NCBI GenBank assembly: GCA_964019335.1
Contig: OZ025722.1
Coordinates: 124,001-188,000, forward strand
Origin: Diplonema japonicum
Taxonomy: Eukaryota; Protista; Euglenozoa: Diplonemea
DNA: 64,000 nucleotides
Direction: 5' to 3'
Position 1 is the first letter of the stretch. Each line of letters opens with the position of its first letter. Made by a program: the position numbers and the translations under genes. Below, in pieces: positions 22,985-32,364 of this stretch. The notes under the pieces were generated by a model, which worked only from the letters and a program-made list of their open reading frames with translations, was not told the DNA's origin and did no database searches.

Positions 22985-24475
22985 ATGGGGCGCATGACAA
23001 CAACAGAAGAGCGGAAAAAGAAGCGTCTCAGCATGGCATCTTCGGTGGGGTACGACGATGAGGAGGGCAAGCATATGGTAATCGAGGATCTGGACGATGA
23101 GGAAACCGAGGAGGCGCAAATTTTAATACCCGCCACAAAGGAAAAAACATGTCTTTCAGGCATCACACCGGACTGGTGGTCCGTCATAGTCGGCTGTGTC
23201 AACTTCACGGTAATGGTCCTGGTGTGTGTGGGTTATGACTATGACGACGAAAGCGCGGCGCACTGGCTGGCACCGCACCCTCAAAAATGGGACAACACGT
23301 CGATCACCGACGCCTTCACAACATACACCACGGGCGGGCTCCCCATTATGTACTGCTGCATGCTTTTCCCGACGATGGCTGCACTGTATTTCCAGAGAAA
23401 ACTGACGTTGAAATACGCGGGTTCATTCACAATCTGCTGGTTTATATCGCTACTCTGCTTGACCCTCGGCGCAAACAGCACTCTTAAAGACTACGGAATG
23501 TCATACGCGGTGACCTCTATATTAATCGGGTTCTCAATTACAAATATCGCAGGAAGATTCATCGACACGTCATACTTCAGCGAAGTCGCGAGCTTGGGAG
23601 AATGGTTCATCAAAATCTCGTTGGTAACACTCGCTGTGGAACTACGAATTATCAAGGAGTACGGCTTACCAGGCGTTCTTGTAGGATGGATTAAAAGCCC
23701 GATCAGCATCTGGGTGACATATCTCTTCGGAACAAAAGTAATCAAATGCGAGAATAAAAAACTCTGCTTGTTGATCGCCGTTGGGGTATCCTGGTGCGGT
23801 GCTTCTGCCATAACAGCGGTCGCACCTGTTATAGAAGCTGAACCGCATGACGTGACAGCAGCTATTGGAATAATATGTTTGTTTGTGTTTGGGTGGACAT
23901 TTGCGTTGCCTTACATGTGTAAGGGAGCCGACTTCAGTTCTGAGATGTCCGGTGCGTTCCTTGGAGCATCTGTGGATCAAACTGCAAATGTTGTCGTGTC
24001 AGCAGCAATTGTGTCGCAAGACGCGAAGGAGGTTGCAGCGACCGTCAAGATGATTTTAAACGCTTCTTTAGGCTTCATGTGTATCGGAGTAACACTTTCG
24101 TGGGTGCTGGACGGGTCTCAGAGCATCTCGATCTTCACATTATGGGAAAAATTTCCAAAATTCGTGGTTGGTTTCGCTGTGCTGTCCGCGGCCTTGTCGA
24201 TTCTCACGTCTTTTATTCTTACGGATCTTCAGGCGAAGGTGCTTCCTTCAAATGTCCAGTCGATTTCAAACTGGTGGGCGGCGTTGGGTTTTGTGTGTAT
24301 CGGGCTGAACACTAACATTTCGTTGTTGATGTCAAAAATCCCGAGGGGGCCCATTCTCTTGACGTATCTTGTGGGCGGGGTTTTCGATATCTGTATGTCA
24401 TTGCTTGCTGCATACGTGTTCTTTGATGTTTGGAAGTTTTCGAACCTCTCTGGTAGTGATCTGCCCGAACCTTGA
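22985..24475 (+). CDS. YeiH/UPF0324 (putative sulfate exporter family) multi-pass membrane protein
   Basis: LIAVGVSWCGASAITAVAPVIEA, GAFLGASVDQTANVV, ATVKM and FPKFVVGF motifs; many hydrophobic helices. Confidence 0.82.
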   Translation: MGRMTTTEERKKKRLSMASSVGYDDEEGKHMVIEDLDDEETEEAQILIPATKEKTCLSGITPDWWSVIVGCVNFTVMVLVCVGYDYDDESAAHWLAPHPQKWDNTSITDAFTTYTTGGLPIMYCCMLFPTMAALYFQRKLTLKYAGSFTICWFISLLCLTLGANSTLKDYGMSYAVTSILIGFSITNIAGRFIDTSYFSEVASLGEWFIKISLVTLAVELRIIKEYGLPGVLVGWIKSPISIWVTYLFGTKVIKCENKKLCLLIAVGVSWCGASAITAVAPVIEAEPHDVTAAIGIICLFVFGWTFALPYMCKGADFSSEMSGAFLGASVDQTANVVVSAAIVSQDAKEVAATVKMILNASLGFMCIGVTLSWVLDGSQSISIFTLWEKFPKFVVGFAVLSAALSILTSFILTDLQAKVLPSNVQSISNWWAALGFVCIGLNTNISLLMSKIPRGPILLTYLVGGVFDICMSLLAAYVFFDVWKFSNLSGSDLPEP

Positions 24476-27003
24476 AAAAAAAAAAAAAGTTTTTTTTTCT
24501 TTTTTTAGCAGGGGGAGGGGAAGATATCATTTTTCGAATAGCACGGTGAATAGCTTCCCATTCAGAGTGATATTTCCCCTTTGTCCTCTCGTTTTTTTTG
24601 TTGTTGTTGTTGTTGTTGTTGTTGTTATTAGCTTTCCCTGCAGGGGGAAGAAGGAATATAAAAAAAATAAAATAAAAACAGCTCCCATGTATAAATAAGG
24701 GGGTGTTTTCCTTTGTTATACTTTGCAGCCGTGTCCTTTTTCACTTTTTTTTTTTTCTGGGAAAGGTCCTTTAAGGAGACAGTAAAAAAAAAGAGGAAAA
24801 AAAAAAAAAAAAAAAAAAAAAAACATACTTTCCTTCTTGATCCCCTTGAAGAGAAATCCCCCTCCCTCCCTTATCTTGTATATGTGAATGTGGCGACAGA
24901 AATGGGGGTTTTTAACCATGCTCCGGGTCAAGATGGTTTAAAAAAGGGAAAACCCTTCCCAAGAAATCCCCGGTGTTGTCCACCACTGTGTTTATATTCA
25001 ATATCTAGCCTGTTTTACAAAAGAGTGGAAATGAAGAAGAAAAAAAAAGAAAAAAAGAAAAAAACGAAAAATCAGCAAGTGCGCACTATTTCGTTACGGT
25101 TCCTTGTTGTGTCCATCCCCCAGAGAACAAAACCGTTCGGAAAAAAAAAAAAAAAAAAAAAAAAAAGCGAGTGTAGCCCTGGCCTGCCCTTAAATTCTCA
25201 AACTTTTGTACGCAACTTCCTTATATAGGAATTGCCGCCGGGAGGGAGCCTTATGCACCCCCCCCCCCCCCCCCCCTTCTTTGAATCTTTTCATTTTTTA
25301 TATTTTTATTCCCCCTCCCTTTTTTTTTCCTCTGAACTTCCTCTTTAAGTAGTAGAAATGATCAAAATCAAAAAAAGCTCCTTTTAGGCAAAAAAAAAAA
25401 CGCCTTTTTCTTTTTCTTCTTTTTCTTTTTTTTTCTAGCCGAGGTGGTGAAGTGCAGCGGTGGGCAGAGAAAGGACCATCTGTGTCGCGATTGAGCTTGA
25501 CAACAGAAGGCGAAAAGGAGGATCAAGCGGATCAAAAAGAAAGGATTGGTAGACACCCATAGTGAATCCCCCCCCCCCCCCCCCCCCCTCGAATATCTTT
25601 TTTATGCTAGGGCTGAAGTACATCATGCGATAACCTAAAAATATTGTACTCGTCATCCAAGAGTTTATGCTACTTTCTTTTTATTGAATGGGGGGGGGGG
25701 GGGGGAGAGGGCAGAGATTATTATTCCGACCTCAAAAAAATAAATAAATAAAATGTTCCGTGTACAACCTATGAAATTTATTTCGTATTTGGTGATTATA
25801 TAGTAATTTAATATTACGGGATATGAGCCATAATTCAATTCTAGTTGTCGTTGAAACACTCCTTCCCACCAAGACCCAAAATGGTCTCTCTCTCTCTCTC
25901 TTTTTTTTTTTTTTTTTTCCCTTTTCGAATCAATATCCTTCCTATACTATACTTTCTCAAGCTCACCTCGTTCTGTTTTTTTTTCTTCTTTTTTTTGAGA
26001 GAAAAAAAACTCATTTTTCCGTTCATCCTTCCCCCCCCCCCCCCCCCCTTCCCTGATGAGGGAGGCTTATATACAACAGAGAAAAAGAGAGAAAAAAAAT
26101 TAGTTTGATGATTCTTTTTTTTTGAAGGGCATCTGGTGATATGTAGATGCCGCCTTAACGCTGCAACTGACGCCGAGGCTCTATTGTTTCTGTTTTTTTG
26201 TTTTGTTTTGTTTTTTTTTGTTTTTTTTTTTTTGTTTCACCATGTCTTTTGGTCATGACATGCAGATATGGCAGACTGTCTGTCTTGTGTTATGAATGGG
26301 AGGCACTTCCTTTTCACAAACAGTCTGCTAGTGCAAAACAAATAAGTCACAGCAGTTTTTTTCTTCTTCTTTTCTTCTTGAAGACTTGCTCACTTTCGGC
26401 ACCTTGGGTCCCGACGTCCCCGAGACCACTTCTCCCCAAAAGCCATCCCGGTCTTACCTACCACGATTCCCGTGTGTAAAGTTTCTTGTCCCATCTCATT
26501 GCGACAGGCACCACCGCAGACAGCAGCCGCAGAACGGTGACGAGTAGTGTGAACTTCTTTATGAATAAAAGTTTTTTTTTTTTTTTTTTTTTTTTTAAAG
26601 TTCTTCCATTTTTGCTCTATTTTTTATGTCACCCACCCGCCACTCTGGAAGAAGAAAAAAAAAAAAGAAAAGAAAAAAAAAATGGATTTACACCCCCTTC
26701 TCCCTCCCTCCCAGAACAGGAAACAAGATTCCCTGGCCTTCGCACTCTGTGGCGTTTCAAGGTGAACAACCCAATTTCTCAAAATGATGGAAAAGCACAT
26801 TAGTCACTTTTGTCGAGATGTGAAAAAGGGTCCCTTTTCCCGGTTTCGTTGTTTCTTTTTATGTACAACCAGAAAAGGTTGCGAAAAAGAACAAAAAGAG
26901 AGAACTACAAGAAGAAAAAAAAGAAAAAAAAAAAACTTTATTTTCTAAAAATGATTGATTTTGTTGACCTTATGCAAACCTTGTGCCGAGCAAGAAAAAA
27001 ATA

Positions 27004-27727
27004 GCTTATTTACTGCCAACAAGTAATGACTTTACCGTTACCTCGAGGTTCCGCATTTTACCGTCGAGGGCCTGCAGGGCCCGAGATGGTAAAATGCGGA
27101 ACCGAGAGGTCGGTAAAGCATTACTTGGCGGTAGGTAAGTGGTTTTATTTCACGACACTCTGAAATTACTTCACCACGAGGGGCACAACAGGGTGACAAG
27201 GGGTACAACAAGAGAGGGGTTACAAAGGTTACAATACAAGTTGTTTTTCCTCCTTTTGTTGACTAAGAGCTGCCACTGTCACCATCTCTAATCAGGCCTT
27301 CCCATACCTAGCGCGGCCGCTGGCTCCTTTTTTTCTGCTGCTTCGGTATTTTGAAGTCTTTTGGGGTGCTTGGGTAAGCTGACTAAGTTACCCTTACCCA
27401 CAGAAGAGTTACCCACAGAAACTGGGAACAAGGCCTAGCCAAAAGTGGGCAAATTGGGAGGAAAAAGTAGTCCAACTTGGAACTGAGCCGAGGCAAAAGT
27501 TGGCCAATTGAGCTGAGCCTGGGGGGAAATAGCAAACTGAGAGGAAAAAGTAGCCCCACTGGGAACCGAACCGAGGCAAAAATTGGCCTACCGAGGCATA
27601 TTATTTACCGGAAACCCCCTATTACTTCACGGAAAACAGGCCATAGTTTCACCGTGAAGTAATGAGATTTAGCGTGAAGTAATGGGCCCCCCAGTGCGTG
27701 AAGTAATTTCTGAAGAGTGAAATAAAA
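27004..27727. mobile_element. Unclassified non-autonomous element: ~137-nt terminal hairpin, inverted repeats 27143-27174/27698-27727, GTGAAGTAAT motif array
   Basis: Hairpin 27004-27140. ttttatttcac...gaaattacttcac is inverted as gtgaagtaatttc...gtgaaataaaa. The motif occurs at 27165, 27621 (reverse) and 27654, 27674, 27698. The region lacks long host-type homopolymers. Confidence 0.6.
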
Positions 27728-27735
27728 AAAAAATC

Positions 27736-27786
<51 letters not shown>

Positions 27787-28124
27787 TTACTCGTGCGAAA
27801 ACAAAAGCGACATGGGTCACGGAAAAAAAAAAAAAAAAGATTAAAAAAGATAGTTCCCTTTTTCCTCGCCCGTCTGCCCGGATTGGCCAGATAGAAGAAA
27901 GAAAAAAAAATAGTAAACAAACAAGGTGAAAATACCTTGAAGCGATACCGGGGTGACCGATCCCCCCCTTTTTTTTTCTAAAAAAAAAGGGAACACAAGC
28001 TGAAAGTCCAGCTTGAAATCTAAGAAGGATCATAAGATAACGCAACTTCTCTCCTTTCCCCCCCCCCTCTTTTTTGTCTCATCTCATCTCAAACACAGAA
28101 AAAAAGGGGGGAGGGGAAAAAAAA

Positions 28125-29348
28125 ATGGTACTCAAGCGGCTAGCAGTACTGGGAATACCTGTAGGCGTAATATGCTTACTGTGCCTTCCGTTTTGGGTGC
28201 CTCTAGTGATTATATGCGGGGTATACTATAGCATAAAGTTCATCTGGTTGGTACTGTCCTGTGCACAGTGGGAAGTAGGAACGGTCATAAAGCTAGTTTC
28301 ACTATCTGTCCAAGAGCTCCTCTTCGCTGTCAGCCACCTGAAGGACGCGCTGTGGATTGTACTCGAGAGGAGGCGCGTAGTCACAAAACAGTACAGCACC
28401 TTCAAAGGACAAAAAATGCACATAGATATCTACACACCTCAGAACGCTTCAAAAACTGTAATCGTTTTCATCTATGGCGGCGCATGGTGCAGCGGCAACA
28501 AGGCTCTGTACACCCTATCGGCTAAGCAACTTTCCGAGGAGCTGAATAGTATCGTGGTAGTCCCTGATTATGCGTACTACCCTTGTGCTGGAATGACGGA
28601 GATGGCACACCAGATGTATTCTGTCTCTAGTTATGTAGAAGGGTGCTTTCAAGCACACGATATTTACTGGATGGGACATTCTGCTGGAGCACACATCGTC
28701 ACGTTGTTTTTTCTGAGAATGGCGCTGCAGGGGATCCGTGTGATCGAGTCCCCCCGGGAGGCATTGTACACAAAACCAAAACGGCTCTTCTCCGGTGTTG
28801 GTCCCGAAGCCGACCCGCTGCCCCTCCCGCCCCATCAGGTCCACTTCAACAAACTTGATTTTTCCAAGGTGAAGGGTCTGATTCTGTTAAGCGGTTGTTT
28901 CGACATCAGAAAACACCTGGAATGGGAACGAGCAAGGGGGGTACACATGTACTCTGGGATGAAGAATGCGGTATTCGGTCATTTCGAGGCGAACTCCCCA
29001 ACATGTTTGTTAGAGCATGCTTCGCGGCGATACGGGCCTCTTCGTGTTAGGACAGCGCTTTCTGATTTCCCGAAGGTGACGCTTATTCATGGATCGCAGG
29101 ATTTGACTGTGTCAGATGGGCAATCGGTTGTTCTTCATAACCTTCTCAAGTCATTCTCCGTCTCCTCCAGTCTTCAGCACAGGGTGCCTGTTGGGCATGT
29201 TGATATCATCACTGAACTTCACTGCAGTAGCCGTGACGCTACCGTTCTCCCTTTCCTCCGAACGGCTATGCACAGCGATGCCGATGGTGAGCGGGACACA
29301 CCCCGGGACGCCGGTTCGTCGACAGCGTCTTACAGGAGATCCCCGTGA
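28125..29348 (+). CDS. Membrane-anchored alpha/beta hydrolase, isoprenylcysteine methylesterase (ICME/PCME)-like
   Basis: N-terminal TM segment; FIYGGAWCSGNK; PDY..YP; nucleophile GHSAG; IHGSQDLTV; GHVD. Confidence 0.8.
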   Translation: MVLKRLAVLGIPVGVICLLCLPFWVPLVIICGVYYSIKFIWLVLSCAQWEVGTVIKLVSLSVQELLFAVSHLKDALWIVLERRRVVTKQYSTFKGQKMHIDIYTPQNASKTVIVFIYGGAWCSGNKALYTLSAKQLSEELNSIVVVPDYAYYPCAGMTEMAHQMYSVSSYVEGCFQAHDIYWMGHSAGAHIVTLFFLRMALQGIRVIESPREALYTKPKRLFSGVGPEADPLPLPPHQVHFNKLDFSKVKGLILLSGCFDIRKHLEWERARGVHMYSGMKNAVFGHFEANSPTCLLEHASRRYGPLRVRTALSDFPKVTLIHGSQDLTVSDGQSVVLHNLLKSFSVSSSLQHRVPVGHVDIITELHCSSRDATVLPFLRTAMHSDADGERDTPRDAGSSTASYRRSP

Positions 29349-29609
29349 AACAAAAAAAAAGAATGAAAAAAAAAAAGAAAGTTTTATAAATCTTCCCACA
29401 CACCCCCCCCACCCCCTCTTTTTTTCTTTTTATAAAAAAAAAAAAGAATTCTCATCCTTTACCACCAGGATACAGCGGAAACATTTTTTTTTTTTAAAAA
29501 AAAAGAAAAAGAGGGCGGCTTTTCCCCTACAGTGTCCGTTTCATTCTTCTTATTTTTTTTTTTTTTTTTAAATTTTTTTTATAGTGAGCTCGCACATTCT
29601 CACAGGGGG

Positions 29610-32123
29610 ATGACTCGGCTACACCAAGCAGCGGAGCACGGCGATGCAGCGTACCTCAAAACGCTGATAGAGGAAGGTGACGACATCGAAGCAGTCGACG
29701 CGGAGGGCTGCACACCGTTGCACATCGCGGCGTGGTTCAACCAAGCTGATACAGTCGATATGCTGGTTCACATGGGCGCAAATGTATCTGCGAAAGAAGG
29801 ACACGGGAGAACTGCATTGTATGCCGCATGTCGGAACGCTGCTCTGCAAGCCGCAGAGGTGCTGCTGTTGAAAAGCGGAGCAGATCCTTCTTCCAAAGCA
29901 CAACAAGACGAAAAAGGCGAGAATAGCTTACACGCAGCCATTCGGTCTAACAATCCGGACATCCTCCCTTTGTTTCGATCACACTTCACCGATCTCTGCG
30001 TCGCTGACGATTCAGGAAAGAACCCTCTCCACACAGGCGTCTCGAACGGGTGTTTCAAAACACTGTCGGAGGTTTTAACATGGAAACCATTCCCTGCAAC
30101 GGCTTTGAACGAGCAAGATAAATCAGGGGACACCCCGTTAACCCTCGCAGTCCGCCTTTTCGACGAACAAGCAGCATTGTTGTTCCTCAACATGGAAGCA
30201 ATCGATACAAAACCCCTGCAGTGGACCAACGGACATGAATCTATCTTCTTCAACACCAAAAAAGACACAAAAATAGATCCGTTGTCTCGCTACTTGTCTT
30301 CCGGAACATCGCTTCACCTCGCGGCAGGCTTGGGTAGAACAAGCATCCTGCAAGAAATATTCGACGAAGCCGGGGAATTGAAGCTTTCAAGGATCGAAGA
30401 AAAGTACAGAGAAGTCCAATCAGGATTAGAGTCCGGCAAGGGTATATTATCGGGAACGGATTCAAACAAGGTTTCCGATCTCATTGAGGAGTTGAAATGG
30501 GACTATACGAAATGTTTGGAAGCCACAGACGACAGCGGTCGAACACCGCTGCACATCGCAGCGCATTGCGGGCATCACAATACTGTTGAAATGCTGGTGA
30601 ATCTTGGATCAAACGTGAACAGTGTGGACAGCTACGGGTGGACAGCTCTTCATTTTGCGTCGGACGGGAATTTTGTCAAAATTGTGACGTTTCTCATTTC
30701 GTCTGGTGCTTGTCCGGACCAAGATCTGCTCACCATAGCCGCGGGAAAAGGGCACCAAGAAACACTTTCAATCCTGTTCACATACCAGTCCTTACAAGTC
30801 CCTCCCGAAGCGTGCATTCAAGCCATCGCAAACAGCCACAATGCAGCGTTGCAGCTGCTTCTTCCAAGATTGGACCAGTACCATATCACAGCACCGTGTT
30901 CCGCGTCGCCCGCGGGACCCTTGGGGTTCGCGTTGTCTATAGGGAACCTTCCCGCGGTGGAATCCTTGCTGTCGCTGTCCCCGACGCTCTGTTCTGATTT
31001 GTTCTTGGAAACTGTGCGGTCGAAGAATCTTTCGGAGACGAAAAAATCGCAGATTCTATACTTCCTTTTAAGACACCTTTCACCGTCGATTTCTGCCGTC
31101 TCGGAATGTGCTTATTTAGGATTGGAATCTTGTTTGGAGATCCTGTTGGAATCCCTTGATGCAGCGAAGACGAACAAACCGCAAAGCGGTGCCCTGCCTT
31201 GTTTAAACATGACTGATGTAACACCGTTACAATCTGCTTTGTTCGGAAAACGTTACGGGTCTGTAAGAATAATATTGTCGGCAGGTGTCGACCCGAACCT
31301 GGCAGGAACGGGTCTTGACCCACCGCTTATCCTTGCTATACGCGAGGCTGGGGAAAAAGAAGTGAAGGCGCTGTTACAAGCAGGATGTTCGCCGAACGAA
31401 GCACTTTCATGCGAAACCGGGTTGCGTTTCACGATATCATCCCTCGCAGAGGCTGTTTTAAAAGGATCCGAAACCATTTGCAAACGACTTTACAAACGAG
31501 GCGCGGTTGTCGACTCGGAGTCGGGGGCAGGGAACCCTCTGTTGATCGCGTGCAGGGAGAAAAAATGGGGTCTGGCACGGTTGTTGCTGACTTACAATGC
31601 GCCAGTGAATGTGTATGATTGCGATTCTCCGGAAGGTGATGTCGGGCCGATTTTCTACGCATTGAAAGGATTAACAGCGCGGGTATCTTTCGGGTTTATC
31701 ATGGATGTGATCGAGAGGCTGTGTCCCCCTCCTGAGAAAAACAGTGAAGATTTGTCGTTCACCATTCTCCAGGCGACCGGGACTCAAACGGGACTTCGCA
31801 CGATAAAGGATTTGTTTTCGCCCGCGGCCGCCATGGTGTCGCAGCATGCGGGGTATCGCTTTTCCAATACTCATGTGTGCGGTACACCTGAGGTGCAGCA
31901 GACGCTTATTCGGTGCTGCAAGCAGCTTGAGGCGATTTTGTTCGTAGGTTCTCGGCAGCAGGCCATTACAGTCATGAAGAACCTTTCCTCGGACAGACCC
32001 CGTGGTCGATGCAGAAGTGGCGGTGCCGCGGATCGCCGTGAAAGCTTGGTCCCTGTCAAGAAGAGAGTGTTCATTTTGTATCGTGCTGAAGAGGATCTTC
32101 GATGTTTTAATGGGCTGTATTAG
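29610..32123 (+). CDS. Long ankyrin-repeat protein
   Basis: Multiple G.TPLH.AA..G repeats. Confidence 0.88.
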   Translation: MTRLHQAAEHGDAAYLKTLIEEGDDIEAVDAEGCTPLHIAAWFNQADTVDMLVHMGANVSAKEGHGRTALYAACRNAALQAAEVLLLKSGADPSSKAQQDEKGENSLHAAIRSNNPDILPLFRSHFTDLCVADDSGKNPLHTGVSNGCFKTLSEVLTWKPFPATALNEQDKSGDTPLTLAVRLFDEQAALLFLNMEAIDTKPLQWTNGHESIFFNTKKDTKIDPLSRYLSSGTSLHLAAGLGRTSILQEIFDEAGELKLSRIEEKYREVQSGLESGKGILSGTDSNKVSDLIEELKWDYTKCLEATDDSGRTPLHIAAHCGHHNTVEMLVNLGSNVNSVDSYGWTALHFASDGNFVKIVTFLISSGACPDQDLLTIAAGKGHQETLSILFTYQSLQVPPEACIQAIANSHNAALQLLLPRLDQYHITAPCSASPAGPLGFALSIGNLPAVESLLSLSPTLCSDLFLETVRSKNLSETKKSQILYFLLRHLSPSISAVSECAYLGLESCLEILLESLDAAKTNKPQSGALPCLNMTDVTPLQSALFGKRYGSVRIILSAGVDPNLAGTGLDPPLILAIREAGEKEVKALLQAGCSPNEALSCETGLRFTISSLAEAVLKGSETICKRLYKRGAVVDSESGAGNPLLIACREKKWGLARLLLTYNAPVNVYDCDSPEGDVGPIFYALKGLTARVSFGFIMDVIERLCPPPEKNSEDLSFTILQATGTQTGLRTIKDLFSPAAAMVSQHAGYRFSNTHVCGTPEVQQTLIRCCKQLEAILFVGSRQQAITVMKNLSSDRPRGRCRSGGAADRRESLVPVKKRVFILYRAEEDLRCFNGLY

Positions 32124-32364
32124 CAAAAAGAAAAAAAGACATTTCCTCCTTCCGTTGGATACTACCTTTTTTTTTTTTTTTTTTTTTTTCTTTTTTTTTT
32201 TCTCACAGTTTTTCTTTTCTTTTTTTTTTTAACTAAAGCCCTAAAGTTTTTTTTTTTTTTTTTTTTTCTTGCTTCTAATACCACTAATCAAAAAAAAAAA
32301 AAAAAAAAAAAAAAACCAAAAAAAAAAAAAAGGAAGGGGTTTAAAAAAAAAAAAAGAAAAAAAA

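Noticed and set aside
27450-27710. Short repeats with spacers resembling a CRISPR array
   Set aside because: Repeats are 10 bp or degenerate, spacing is irregular, there are no cas genes and the context is eukaryotic.
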